Part shown: piece by piece, positions 37,477-47,674 of the stretch
How the letters are laid out: every line of letters begins with the position of its first letter
Numbering within the stretch: position 1 is the first letter of the stretch
Source of the DNA: Candidatus Latescibacterota bacterium
GTDB lineage: Bacteria > Latescibacterota > UBA2968 > UBA8231
Assembly (NCBI GenBank): GCA_965215195.1
Contig: CBDCDC010000002.1
Location: 3,904,001 to 3,968,000, forward strand
Length of the DNA stretch: 64,000 nucleotides
Direction of reading: 5' to 3'
The notes under the pieces: generated by a model
The model's input: only the letters and a program-made list of their open reading frames with translations
What the model was told of the DNA's origin: nothing
Databases searched by the model: none
Position numbers and translations under genes: made by a program

Positions 37477-38609
37477 GGTTTGACTTCTTTCCCGAAACAA
37501 TACAGGACGCCGTCGGTGGTGCCGATGACGAGCCGGTCGCCGGCAATGGCCGGCGAAGCCGTGATGGCCGCGCCCGTTTCAAAGCGCCAGACCTCTGCGC
37601 CCGATGCGAGCGCGAGCGCGATGAGCGCACGGGCCCCTACGTAAATGTACTCGCCGGCAATGATCGGCGAGGAATCCACTCGCGCACCCGCGGCAAAGGT
37701 CCACAAGGGTTGGCCGGTTTGCGGGTCGAGAGCGTGTACGAGCTTGTCCCGGCCGCCGATGACGACTGCTTGGTCGGCAACGGCCGGCGACGAGTAAAAC
37801 GGGAACTTCCGCACCGCGTGGGCGTAGCGCCAGCGGATTTTTCCCGCGCCTAAATCGACGCCTAGTACTTCGTTGCCAAAGGTGCCTAGGTACGCGTGTC
37901 CCGCGTGGATGGCAGCGCTAGAGGCCACGTACCCGCCTAGCGCGAGCTGCTGGTGCTGTGTGCCGTCGGCGAGGTCCAAAAGCCGCAAGTATCCATCGCA
38001 ACCGGCCACGGCCACGCGATTTTCGTACAGGGCCGGCGTACTGTGAATATACCCGTCTGTGGCGATTTTCCAAATCAGGGTTCCGGCGGTTGCGTCGAGG
38101 CAGTACAGGTGCTGGTCATAGCTGCCGAAGTAAAGGCGGCTGCCGGTGTGGTTGGCCGCGGAGATAATGCCAGCGGCGGCGGCGAAAGTCCAGCGGCGCT
38201 GACCGCTGTGGATAGCGACGGCGTGGAAGGTGCCGGCCTCGTCGCCAAAGTAAACGGTGCTGTCGGCAACGGTGGGGGAGGATTTGATTTCGCCGTCGGC
38301 TTGGTACTGCCATGCTAGCGCGCCAGTGCGCAAGTCGAGTGCATAGAGCTGGCCATCGAGCGAGCCAATGTACACCGTGCCTGCGCGAATGGCGGCCGTG
38401 GATTCGATGGCGTCTTGGGTGGGGTAGGCCCAAAGCAGCGTTAGGGGCGGGGCGAGGTGGGAGGTGGCGACGCCGGTGAGTTGGGGGTTGCCGCGGAAGG
38501 TGTTCCAAGTGTCGGCGGCGGCGGTGGTGAACAGGAGGAGGGGTAGGATGTTGACCCAATACACCGTTTTCGACTTGACCGAGGGCGAACTGCCCGATAC
38601 TTTGCTCAT
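37473..38609 (-). CDS. PQQ-like/BamB-like beta-propeller repeat protein
   Basis: WNTFRGNPQ and repeated SSP..V..G.D...ALD..TG...W blades. Start codon approximate. Confidence 0.88.
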   Translation of the reverse strand: MSKVSGSSPSVKSKTVYWVNILPLLLFTTAAADTWNTFRGNPQLTGVATSHLAPPLTLLWAYPTQDAIESTAAIRAGTVYIGSLDGQLYALDLRTGALAWQYQADGEIKSSPTVADSTVYFGDEAGTFHAVAIHSGQRRWTFAAAAGIISAANHTGSRLYFGSYDQHLYCLDATAGTLIWKIATDGYIHSTPALYENRVAVAGCDGYLRLLDLADGTQHQQLALGGYVASSAAIHAGHAYLGTFGNEVLGVDLGAGKIRWRYAHAVRKFPFYSSPAVADQAVVIGGRDKLVHALDPQTGQPLWTFAAGARVDSSPIIAGEYIYVGARALIALALASGAEVWRFETGAAITASPAIAGDRLVIGTTDGVLYCFGKEVKP

Positions 38610-38669
38610 CACAGGCTCTTGGGGAAGAAGGGTACGGGTTGCTTGCCGGAAATCACCAACCAATCTAAC

Positions 38670-38711
38670 TGGAAGAGCCTGCCCCATTGCAAGACCCTAA
38701 AGGCTCTTCCA
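38670..38711. promoter_or_regulatory. 11-bp perfect inverted repeat in the divergent intergenic region (possible operator or hairpin)
   Basis: TGGAAGAGCCT-N20-AGGCTCTTCCA. Confidence 0.5.
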
Positions 38712-38791
38712 TCCACCAACGCCGCAGGTAACGCTAGCTTTTATCCGCCGTTGTGTTCAAAATGGTAGGATAGTCTGGACGCATCACGTGA

Positions 38792-39676
38792 ATGAACTCT
38801 TTCCGCAACAGCTGCCTACGCGACCATCAAATACCTTTGAGCACGGTGTGGCTGCTCAACGACATCGCCGAGTCGCGGGGAAAACAGGACCTATTCACAC
38901 GCCAGTCGCCACAAGCCCTCAAAGCACTCCGCGACACGGCTGTCATCCAGAGTGCTGAATCCTCCAACCGCATTGAGGGTGTGACGGTCGCCCAAGCCCG
39001 TCTTTACCCGCTGGTGCTCGGCCAAGCGAAACCCCGGGACCGCTCCGAGCAGGAGGTTCAAGACTATCGCCGCGCCTTGAACGAGATTCACGCCGGCTAC
39101 GCCGCGCTTTCCATCGCGCCGGACACCCTGCAACGCCTACATGCCCTTTGCCAATCCGCCAGCGGCGACGCGGGCCAATTCAAACGAGTCGATAACGACA
39201 TCGTGGAATTTCCGCCCGGACAGGCCCCGGTGGTCCGGTTCCGCTGCGTGAAGGCTACGGCGACTCCGGCCGCGGTAGAAGAACTTTGCCGGCATTACCA
39301 GTACGCCCTCAACGAGGAGAATATCCCGCCGCTCATCGCCATCGCCGCCCTCGTCCTAGATTTTCTTTGCATTCACCCTTTTCGGGACGGCAACGGCCGC
39401 GTGTCCCGGCTGCTCACCCTGTTGGTGCTCTACCAGCACGGCTACGAGATTGGTCGCTACATCAGCTTGGAACGCCTCATTGAAGAATCCCGCGAGTCCT
39501 ACTACGAATGCCTCCGGCTCAGTTCCCACGGCTGGCACGACGGCAAACGCGAAATGACGCCTTGGTTCAACTTCCTCTTCGCGATTATCCGCCGCGCTTA
39601 CATCGAGTTGGAGGAACGCGCCGGTCAGATCAAGGCCCCACGAGGCGCCAAGTCCGAGCGCGAACAGCATCCATGA
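38792..39676 (+). CDS. Fic family protein (class II-like), possibly C-terminally truncated
   Basis: HPFRDGNGRVSR Fic motif and inhibitory SNRIEG. Ends shortly after APRGAK. Confidence 0.9.
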   Translation: MNSFRNSCLRDHQIPLSTVWLLNDIAESRGKQDLFTRQSPQALKALRDTAVIQSAESSNRIEGVTVAQARLYPLVLGQAKPRDRSEQEVQDYRRALNEIHAGYAALSIAPDTLQRLHALCQSASGDAGQFKRVDNDIVEFPPGQAPVVRFRCVKATATPAAVEELCRHYQYALNEENIPPLIAIAALVLDFLCIHPFRDGNGRVSRLLTLLVLYQHGYEIGRYISLERLIEESRESYYECLRLSSHGWHDGKREMTPWFNFLFAIIRRAYIELEERAGQIKAPRGAKSEREQHP

Positions 39677-40683
39677 CCACCCTGTTCGTCACTGGCGGTG
39701 CCGGCTTCATCGGCTCCAATTTCATTCGCTACTGGCTATCGACCTACCCCGACGACCGCATTGTCAACTACGACCTGCTCACCTACGCCGGCAATCTGGC
39801 CAGCCTGCAGGACGTGGAAGCAAGCTACGGCGACCGCTACACTTTTGTGCGCGGCGACATTCAGAATGCCGATCTGACCCGGCACCTCTTCGAGGTCCAC
39901 CGCCCCGACTACGCGGTCAACTTTGCCGCGGAATCGCACAACAGCTTGGCCATTGTCAATCCCTCGGCCTTTTTCCAGACCAATGTCGTGGGTACGCAAA
40001 AGCTGTTGCAGGCTGCGGCCGATGCCCAAGTGCCGCGCTTCCACCACATTTCCACCTGCGAAGTGTACGGCGATCTGGCCCTCGACGCGGACGATTCTTT
40101 CACCGAGGAATCGCCCTACCGGCCGCGCACCCCGTACAACGCAGCCAAGGCCGCGGCCGACCTAGCCGTGCGCGCCTATGGCCACACCTTTGGCCTGCCC
40201 GTGACGCTGTCGAATTGCGCCAACAACTTCGGTCCCTATCAATTCCCGGAGAAAGTCATCCCCTTCTTCGTCGTCCGCCTGCTCACCGGCCAGAAGATGC
40301 CGCTGTACAAATCGAGCCAGAACCGCCGCGAGTGGCTCCACGTCGATGACCACTGCCGGGCCATCGACCTAGTGCTAAAAAAAGGCGAGATTGGCCAGAC
40401 GTACAACGTTGGCAGCGGCATTGAAAAGGATGTCGAAACCATCGCCGACCTCATTCTCGACGCCTTGGGGCTGGACGCCGCGCACAAAACCTACGTCGAT
40501 GACCGGCCCGGTCACGATCGCCGCTACCTGCTCAATTCGAGCAAAATCCGCACCCAACTAGGTTGGGAACCGCAGGTCGATTTTGCCCACAGCTTCCGCC
40601 AGACAGTCCACTGGTATCGCGACAACGAAGCTTGGTGGCGTCCCCTGCTAAAGAAAATCCAAGTCCGCGAAGAGGGCTGGTAG
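39673..40683 (+). CDS. rfbB: dTDP-glucose 4,6-dehydratase
   Basis: TGGAGFIGSNF, LTYAGN, AAESH, YNAAK, PYQFPEK and DRPGHDRRY motifs. Confidence 0.93.
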   Translation: MTTLFVTGGAGFIGSNFIRYWLSTYPDDRIVNYDLLTYAGNLASLQDVEASYGDRYTFVRGDIQNADLTRHLFEVHRPDYAVNFAAESHNSLAIVNPSAFFQTNVVGTQKLLQAAADAQVPRFHHISTCEVYGDLALDADDSFTEESPYRPRTPYNAAKAAADLAVRAYGHTFGLPVTLSNCANNFGPYQFPEKVIPFFVVRLLTGQKMPLYKSSQNRREWLHVDDHCRAIDLVLKKGEIGQTYNVGSGIEKDVETIADLILDALGLDAAHKTYVDDRPGHDRRYLLNSSKIRTQLGWEPQVDFAHSFRQTVHWYRDNEAWWRPLLKKIQVREEGW

Positions 40684-40710
40684 GACTGAACCAGAAGATA
40701 ACGAGGCAGC

Positions 40711-42693
40711 ATGAGTACTGATTCCTTTGCAGCAATCGTCGGCGAGACCGATGAAGCGATCTACCAAGTCCGCACCCGCGCTCCCGGCCCCAGCGGCAAG
40801 CTGCCGCTGACCATAGAGCAAGTAGTAGAAGCGCCGAGCGGCCACATCTTTGGCTACAGCCAAAACGCCGGGATGGGCTGGAACCCCGACGAGCTGGGTC
40901 GAGGAGAGTTCCTCATCGTCAGCACGCAGGGCGGCATTCGCGCCCCGGACGGTCGGCCGATCGCGCTGGGCTATCACACCGGCCACTGGGAAATCGGCCT
41001 GCTGATGGAAGCGGCGGCCGAAGAAATCCACCGCCGAGGCGGCATTCCCTTTGCCGCCTATTGCTCGGACCCGTGCGACGGCCGCTCGCAAGGCACGACC
41101 GGCATGTTCGATAGCCTGCCGTACCGCAACGACGCGGCCATGATCCTGCGCCGCTTGATCCGCTCGTTGCCCACGCGGCGCGGCGTGATGGGCGTGGGCA
41201 CCTGCGACAAGGGACTGCCGGCGGTCCTCATCGCCCTAGCGGGTACGCCAGACCTGCCGGTTGTTGTCGTGCCCGGCGGGGTGACCCTGCCGCCGGAAGA
41301 AGGCGAGGACGCGGGCAAGATCCAGTCCGCCGGGTCGCGGCTGGCGCGGGGCGAGATGGACATCGACGACTTTCAGGTGCTCGGCTGCCGCGCCTGCGCC
41401 ACGCCCGGGGGCGGCTGCCAGTTTTTGGGCACTGCGGCCACGGCCCAAGTTGTGGGCGAGGCACTGGGGCTGTCGCTGCCGCATTCGGCGCTGGCCCCCT
41501 CGGGCGAAGCGGTCTGGCGCGACATGGCCGTGCGCTCGGCGCGGGCACTGCTGGCGCTGGAGGCCGCGGGCATTCGCTCGCAGGAGTTGGTCACCGATCA
41601 GGCACTGCACAACGCCATGGTCGTTCACGCGGCCTTTGGCGGTTCGACGAACTTGATCTTGCACGTGCCAGCTATTGCCCATGCGGCCGGGCGCAAGCGG
41701 CCAGCGGTGGGGGATTGGGACCGGATCAACCGCGAGGTGCCGCGCTTGGTCGATGTGCTGCCCAATGGCCCGGAGTTCCACGTCACTGTGCGCGCCTTTT
41801 TGGCTGGCGGGGTGCCGGAGGTCATGTTGCACCTGCGCCGCTTGGGGCTGTTAGAGGAAGGGGTAATGACGGTTACGGGCCGCACGCTGGGCGAAAACCT
41901 CGACTGGTGGGAGACTGCGCCGCGCCGCCGCCGCTTCCGTGAGGAACTGCAAAAGCTAGACCGGGTGGACCCGGACGACGTGATTATGGACGCCGAGCGC
42001 GCCCGCGCCAAGGGCCTGACCAGCACCACTTGCTTCCCGATCGGCAACATCTCGCCCGAGGGCGCGGTCGTCAAAAGCACGGCCATTGACTCTTCGCTGT
42101 TAGACGCGCAAGGGGTCTATCGGCACACCGGGCCGGCAAAGGTTTTTACCACCGAACGCGACACCATCGCCGCGATCAAGGCCGGCGAGATCGCGCCGGG
42201 CGACGTGCTAGTGATGATTAGTTGCGGGCCGCTGGGCACGGGGATGGAGGAGGTCGCACAGGTTACGATTGCGCTCAAATACACGGATGTTGGCAAGCGC
42301 GTGGCACTGCTTACGGACGCGCGGTTTTCGGGGTTTTCCTCTGGTCCTTGCATCGGGCACATCGGCCCGGAGGCCCTAGCTGGCGGACCAATCGGCAAGC
42401 TGCGGGATGGCGACTTAATCGCCATTGAAATCGACTGCCGCAACCTGCGCGGGCGCATCGACTTGGTCGGCGGCGCAGGCGAGGAGTTCGGCGCTGCGGA
42501 AGGCCAGCGAGTGCTAGCCGAGCGCACCTTGCGCCCAGACCTTGCGCCCGAAGCCGAGTTGCCCGACGACACTAGGCTGTGGGCGGCGCTGCAAAACGTC
42601 GGCGGCGGCACTTGGGGCGGTTGCGTCTATGACGTGGATGCGATTGTCGCTACGCTCGAAGCCGGCCGCGCGGCGCTCAAGGGGGCGTCGTGA
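40711..42693 (+). CDS. yagF: YjhG/YagF family D-xylonate dehydratase (IlvD/Edd family)
   Basis: [33 protein letters not shown] and [15 protein letters not shown] motifs. Confidence 0.9.
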   Translation: MSTDSFAAIVGETDEAIYQVRTRAPGPSGKLPLTIEQVVEAPSGHIFGYSQNAGMGWNPDELGRGEFLIVSTQGGIRAPDGRPIALGYHTGHWEIGLLMEAAAEEIHRRGGIPFAAYCSDPCDGRSQGTTGMFDSLPYRNDAAMILRRLIRSLPTRRGVMGVGTCDKGLPAVLIALAGTPDLPVVVVPGGVTLPPEEGEDAGKIQSAGSRLARGEMDIDDFQVLGCRACATPGGGCQFLGTAATAQVVGEALGLSLPHSALAPSGEAVWRDMAVRSARALLALEAAGIRSQELVTDQALHNAMVVHAAFGGSTNLILHVPAIAHAAGRKRPAVGDWDRINREVPRLVDVLPNGPEFHVTVRAFLAGGVPEVMLHLRRLGLLEEGVMTVTGRTLGENLDWWETAPRRRRFREELQKLDRVDPDDVIMDAERARAKGLTSTTCFPIGNISPEGAVVKSTAIDSSLLDAQGVYRHTGPAKVFTTERDTIAAIKAGEIAPGDVLVMISCGPLGTGMEEVAQVTIALKYTDVGKRVALLTDARFSGFSSGPCIGHIGPEALAGGPIGKLRDGDLIAIEIDCRNLRGRIDLVGGAGEEFGAAEGQRVLAERTLRPDLAPEAELPDDTRLWAALQNVGGGTWGGCVYDVDAIVATLEAGRAALKGAS

Positions 42694-43304
42694 GCGGCAA
42701 GCAGATCGTCGTCGGCATCACCGGGGCCAGTGGTGCGCTCTACGCCGGCCGCCTGCTGCGCGCCCTGCTGATCGGCGGGCACCAAGTGCATCTGGTCTTG
42801 TCCAAGTACGGGCGCTACCTGCTCGTCGAAGAGTTGGGGTTCCGCCCGGACAAGGAGAGCTTGCGCACGTTTATAACGCGGTGCTACGGGGAGGAGACAA
42901 AGGCTGGCGACCTGTGCGAATACAACACCGGCGATCTATCCGCCCCCATCGCCAGCGGTTCGGTGTCTATCGACGGCATGGTGGTGGTGCCTTGTTCGGC
43001 CAAGACCCTGTCGAGCATTGCCCGCGGAGCGTCTGCGAGCCTGATTGAGCGAGCGGCCGATGTCAGCCTCAAGGAGCAGCGGCCGCTGGTGCTGGTGGTG
43101 CGCGAAACCCCGCTCAACCTGATTCAGTTGCGCAACATGACGGCAGCGGCCGAGGCTGGGGCCGTCATATTGCCGGCCATGCCAGCCTTTTACCAAAAGC
43201 CGCAGACCTTTGACGATTTGGGCGATTTTATCGCCGGCCGCGTCTGCAACGTGCTGCGCATCGAACACCAGCTCTTCCCCCCTTGGCCGGGGCCTGCGCG
43301 GTAA
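42690..43304 (+). CDS. ubiX: Flavin prenyltransferase
   Basis: [42 protein letters not shown] and PAMPAFY motifs. Confidence 0.95.
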   Translation: MSGKQIVVGITGASGALYAGRLLRALLIGGHQVHLVLSKYGRYLLVEELGFRPDKESLRTFITRCYGEETKAGDLCEYNTGDLSAPIASGSVSIDGMVVVPCSAKTLSSIARGASASLIERAADVSLKEQRPLVLVVRETPLNLIQLRNMTAAAEAGAVILPAMPAFYQKPQTFDDLGDFIAGRVCNVLRIEHQLFPPWPGPAR

Positions 43305-43306
43305 TC

Positions 43307-44746
43307 CTACACCAGCCGATCCAAGTTGGCGCGGAACAACGCGTGCGGCAGCATGCCTTCGAGCAGGCGGCCTTCCTCTCTGGCGATGGCGCGACAGACG
43401 GTCCACGGCCCAAAGCGGCAGAAAATTTCGCCTTTGAGCGCGGTGGGCGGGTCGCAGTAGATTGGACGTCCCGCGAACAGGTCCTGTAGTTGGGGCCAGT
43501 TTAACTCAACGCTGGGTCCCTGCATGAGATGTCCCCACAGGGCAACGGTTTGCTGGGACAGGTAATAGTATCCTTTGTGGAGGCGGGCCACCTTCATGCC
43601 GGCGCGGACGAAGTAGGGCAAATGCTCTTGGATGGCCGGGCCGAGGGCCGGTTGCCGGCATAAGTGGCGCTTGCTGAGAGTGAATATCTGGTCCGGGGGG
43701 CAGGGTAGAGCACCGCTCCACCGGCCTTCGATGGTGCGCTGGGCCTCGGCGGCAGCGGCAGTGGTCGTTGAGGCAGCCCAAACAGGGGCGTCTTCGGGGC
43801 TTGGCGTCGGCGTGCGTTTGGCGAGGCAAGCGACGAAAGCCCCTTCGGTGTCGTGGTGGTGGGGCCAGACGCGGACGCAGCGGGCGAACTCGGCCGGAAA
43901 TTGGGCGGCCAGTGCATCCGCTAGCGGCGGCCCCGCGAATTCTGCGATGGGGAGGATAGCGACGTCTTCTCCATAGCGGCGCAACAGCCCGAGGAGCACT
44001 TCTTCGTTTTCTTCCAGCGAGAGCGAGCAGGTCGAATACACTAGGGTGCCGCCGGGACGCAGCATCTGGTAGGCGGCGCGCAAGAGGCCCTTCTGTTGCT
44101 GGGCGAGGTGTTGGGCGTCTTGCGGCGACCAATAGGCGAGCATGTTCTGGTCCTTGCGCACGATGCCGTCGCCCGAGCACGGTGCATCGACGAGGACGCG
44201 GTCGAAAAAGTTGGAAAAGTAACGCGCCAGCATGGTCCCTGGGGCTTGGGTCAAGACGTGATTGGCAACCCCACAGCGCTCCAAATTGCCCACGAGGGCG
44301 GGCATGCGTTTGCGCTGCATTTCGTTGGCCAGCAGCAGGCCGCTGTTTTGCATATGCGCGGCAATCTGGGTGGCCTTGCCGCCCGGGGCGGCACACAGGT
44401 CGAGGACGCGCTCGCCGGGCTGAGGGGCTAGGACCTCAACGGCCAGCATGGGGGCCTTGGCTTGGACGTAATACGCGCCCATGGCGTGTTCAATGGTCTG
44501 GCCGAGGCTCGCGCCACTCTCCGGCAGGGCGAAGCCCTCGCTGCACCAAGGCACACTTTGGCCGCGCTGGCGCAAGTGGGGCCGGACGTGCCGCGCTTGG
44601 GCTTGGAGCGCGTTCAAGCGCAGCGATGCTGGGGGAGGTGTGCGCGAGCACCGATAAAAGGCCGCGCGCTCTTTGTCGTTGGGCAGCAGGCGGCCAATGT
44701 ACTGGAGCAGGGCCTGTAATTTATCCGGGTCGTACGCTTTGCGCAT
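43307..44746 (-). CDS. RsmB/RsmF (NOL1/NOP2/sun) RNA m5C methyltransferase
   Basis: DLCAAPGGKAT, DAPCSGDG and YSTCS motifs. Confidence 0.92.
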   Translation of the reverse strand: MRKAYDPDKLQALLQYIGRLLPNDKERAAFYRCSRTPPPASLRLNALQAQARHVRPHLRQRGQSVPWCSEGFALPESGASLGQTIEHAMGAYYVQAKAPMLAVEVLAPQPGERVLDLCAAPGGKATQIAAHMQNSGLLLANEMQRKRMPALVGNLERCGVANHVLTQAPGTMLARYFSNFFDRVLVDAPCSGDGIVRKDQNMLAYWSPQDAQHLAQQQKGLLRAAYQMLRPGGTLVYSTCSLSLEENEEVLLGLLRRYGEDVAILPIAEFAGPPLADALAAQFPAEFARCVRVWPHHHDTEGAFVACLAKRTPTPSPEDAPVWAASTTTAAAAEAQRTIEGRWSGALPCPPDQIFTLSKRHLCRQPALGPAIQEHLPYFVRAGMKVARLHKGYYYLSQQTVALWGHLMQGPSVELNWPQLQDLFAGRPIYCDPPTALKGEIFCRFGPWTVCRAIAREEGRLLEGMLPHALFRANLDRLV

Positions 44747-44811
44747 AGGTGGGGTTCTCTGTTTATTCATCGGGCAATTATTCAATAAATATAACCCATA
44801 CAACAAGAGAC

Positions 44812-45486
44812 ATGAGCGTCGCACGCTGCTTTATCGTCAGCGATCTGCACCTCGGATCGGCTTACTTTTACCATCGCAACTTCTCGTCTTGGCTGGATGC
44901 CTTGCCCAAAGGGGTGCCGCTCGTGCTCAACGGCGACGTCCTAGATGAGCCGAACCAAGCCCTGCCCGACGCCCATCGGGCCGTGCTGGAGCGCCTCGTA
45001 AGCGAGTCGCAATCCCGACCTGTAATCTGGGTGCATGGCAATCGCGATGACCAATTCAGGCTGGCCGAGCCGGGGCGGATCCGCTTTGTCGATAGCTGGC
45101 GGCTCGACCACCGGCTACTCGTAATCCACGGCCATCGGCTCGACCGGCTGATGCCGCGGCACGCGGCGTTCAAGTGGGCCTTCCGCTGCTTGCATCGTTG
45201 TCGCATCTGGCTCGGCGGGCGCGATATCCACGTGGCCGAGTACGCCAAGAAATGGCCCTTGCTCTACCGGGTGCTCAACGAGCACGTGGTGCGCAACGCC
45301 CTGCGCATGGCGCAGCAGCAGGGGGTTGAAGCGGTGGCCTGCGGACACACGCACGCGGCCATGGCGATTGAGCGGCAGGGCCGGTGCTACTTCAACACCG
45401 GTGCTTGGACTGAAAAACCTTTCCACTTTCTCGAAGTGGCCCCGGATCGCATGGCTCTGCATACATACGAGGACGACTGTGATTAA
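44812..45486 (+). CDS. Metallophosphoesterase (LpxH-like)
   Basis: SDLHLG, NGDVLD, GNRD, IHGH, CGHTH and NTGAW motifs. Confidence 0.85.
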   Translation: MSVARCFIVSDLHLGSAYFYHRNFSSWLDALPKGVPLVLNGDVLDEPNQALPDAHRAVLERLVSESQSRPVIWVHGNRDDQFRLAEPGRIRFVDSWRLDHRLLVIHGHRLDRLMPRHAAFKWAFRCLHRCRIWLGGRDIHVAEYAKKWPLLYRVLNEHVVRNALRMAQQQGVEAVACGHTHAAMAIERQGRCYFNTGAWTEKPFHFLEVAPDRMALHTYEDDCD

Positions 45487-47674
45487 ATGGACGCTCTTAT
45501 TGGCGGTGGCCGCGTGGCTGCCGGCCAGCGCACAAGAGGGGGCCCTCCTCTGGCCGCTGCGCCTTGCGCCGGCTTTGTCTTCCACTTTCGGCGAATCGCG
45601 TTCCCGCGCTTTCCACGCCGGCATAGACCTCAAGACTTGGGGCGAAACCGGCCACCCCGTCCAAGCCCTAGCCGACGGCTATATCTGGCGAGTGCGCACC
45701 TCGCCTTGGGGCTATGGCCGGGCTCTGTACCAGAAATTGGCCGATGGCCGCATTGTAGTATATGCCCATTTAGAGGGCTTTGCCGCACCCGTGGCCGAGC
45801 GCGTTCAGCAAGCACAGCAGCAGGGCGGACGCTACAGCGTGGATTTGTATTTCGAGGCCGGGGAAATTCCAGTGCTCGGCGGCGCGGTCATCGCTTGGAG
45901 CGGTGACAGCGGGGCCGGCCCGCCCCATTTGCACCTAGAACTGCGCGACGCAGACAACGCAGCGATCAATCCCCTCTTGCACGGGTTCGCCATCGCCGAT
46001 ACGGTCGCGCCGACCTTGCAGCGAGTGGCCATTACACCGCACGGCCGCAATGCCCAAGTTGAGGGGGGACGCGACCCTTATGTGCTGAATTTGCGCTGGC
46101 AGCCGGATCGAGGGGAGTTCACCGGGGCGCGGACTGTGCAGGTGTTCGGCCCGGTGAGCATCAGCGCGTTGATGTACGATCGCGCCGACGCGGCCCCCAA
46201 CAAGCTAGCCCCCTATCGCGCGGCCTTGCACATCGACGGCGATCTGGTTTTCGCGGCGCGCTACGAGCGGGTCGCGTACGGCGATATGCACCAGATGTAT
46301 TTGGACCGGCCGCTAACTGCTTTTAAGGGCGGGGTGGGTCGCTTTTACAACTTGTGCCGCCTGCCGGGCAATCGCCTCCAATTCTACGAGGGGCCTGGCG
46401 ATGGAATGCTAAACTTGGCCAAGGGGCGGCACGAGGCCGTCGTCGCGGTCGCGGATGTCAACGGCAACGAGAGCCGGGTGCGCTTTGGGTTGGTGGTCGA
46501 CGCCCCGCCGGCCATTGCCGGGGCGCGGATCGCGGCGGCAGCGGACGGAATTTTTATCGCGGCGCGGCTGACCGATGCGGACGACCGGCTCGTGGAAGTG
46601 GAATTGGCCAGCTCGCGCGATGGCGAGACGTGGCGGCGCGTAGATCGGCGGCAGAGCCGCCCCGGCCCGCTCAAGTGGCGGATCCACCGCAACGCCCCCT
46701 ACTGGCGGATTCGGGCCCAGGATCCGGCCGGCGTCGCGGCCTTTGCCGTTTGTCGCCTGCCCGACGACGAGGCCGCTGCGCCGACCTTTTCCTTGGAGCG
46801 CCGCCCCCACCCGGACTTCGTGGAGCTCGTGATGCGCTACGCACAAGTGCCCAGTGCTGCGCCCTTAGTCCGCACTGGCACCGCTAATATCAGCCCCCGC
46901 CAGACCGGCTTGCGCGAGTTCCGGGTCGCCGTGCCGCTCGATCCGAGCGACCCGGCAGCGGGGCCGGTTTTGCTGCGGACGCCAAGGGCTGCCGTGCAAA
47001 GGGTCGCCTTGGATCGGCAGATCGTGCAGCCGGGTGCTGCGGCCGAGCTGACGTATGCCGGCGGCGCGGTCGAATTGGATTTTGCCGCAGAGAGCGCGTA
47101 CGCGCCGTTCTTCCCGCAGGTCGAGGCCTTTGAGCCGAGTGTGCCCACTGCTCTAATCGCGGCCGGCGCGGCTTTTGCCTTGGGGCCGCCTGAGGTCAGC
47201 TTCGACCGCAAGGTCGAGCTGCGCTTGCGCTACGACCGGGGAACGCTGCCGCCGGAGAAGCTGGGCCTCTACCGAGAGGTAGCCGCTGAAAAGTGGGCGC
47301 TCGTGAGCAACGAATGGGACGCTGTGAGCCAGCAGGTCGTGGCGCGGGTGCGCTACTTTGGCCGCTACGCCCTGTTGGCCGACCTTGAAGCCCCTGAGAT
47401 CGGCAGTTTGCAGCCTGCTGAGGGGGCCGTCGTTGGCCCGCGCCCAGAAATTCGCGGCGCGGTGCGCGACCAAGGCGCGGGCATTGGCCGAGAAGAAGAC
47501 ATTGAGTTCGCGCTCGACGGACGCCCGCTGATCGCCGAATACGATCCAGAAGCCGGGCGCGTACATGGGCATTTGGTGGAAGATTTATCGCCGGGCGCAC
47601 ACCGCCTAGTACTGAGGGTGCGGGATATGAGCGGCAACCAAGCCGAGATCCACTCGGAATTTACCGTGCGCTAG
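45479..47674 (+). CDS. M23 family metallopeptidase with C-terminal Ig-like domains
   Basis: FHAGID, YAHL and PHLHLELR motifs. GTG start followed by a signal peptide. Confidence 0.88.
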   Translation: MIKWTLLLAVAAWLPASAQEGALLWPLRLAPALSSTFGESRSRAFHAGIDLKTWGETGHPVQALADGYIWRVRTSPWGYGRALYQKLADGRIVVYAHLEGFAAPVAERVQQAQQQGGRYSVDLYFEAGEIPVLGGAVIAWSGDSGAGPPHLHLELRDADNAAINPLLHGFAIADTVAPTLQRVAITPHGRNAQVEGGRDPYVLNLRWQPDRGEFTGARTVQVFGPVSISALMYDRADAAPNKLAPYRAALHIDGDLVFAARYERVAYGDMHQMYLDRPLTAFKGGVGRFYNLCRLPGNRLQFYEGPGDGMLNLAKGRHEAVVAVADVNGNESRVRFGLVVDAPPAIAGARIAAAADGIFIAARLTDADDRLVEVELASSRDGETWRRVDRRQSRPGPLKWRIHRNAPYWRIRAQDPAGVAAFAVCRLPDDEAAAPTFSLERRPHPDFVELVMRYAQVPSAAPLVRTGTANISPRQTGLREFRVAVPLDPSDPAAGPVLLRTPRAAVQRVALDRQIVQPGAAAELTYAGGAVELDFAAESAYAPFFPQVEAFEPSVPTALIAAGAAFALGPPEVSFDRKVELRLRYDRGTLPPEKLGLYREVAAEKWALVSNEWDAVSQQVVARVRYFGRYALLADLEAPEIGSLQPAEGAVVGPRPEIRGAVRDQGAGIGREEDIEFALDGRPLIAEYDPEAGRVHGHLVEDLSPGAHRLVLRVRDMSGNQAEIHSEFTVR

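Noticed and set aside
38610-38790. Cobalamin riboswitch upstream of the TonB receptor operon
   Set aside because: Only a GAAGAGCCTGCC-like fragment is present, on the wrong strand. The core GGGAA and GCCACTG elements were not found.
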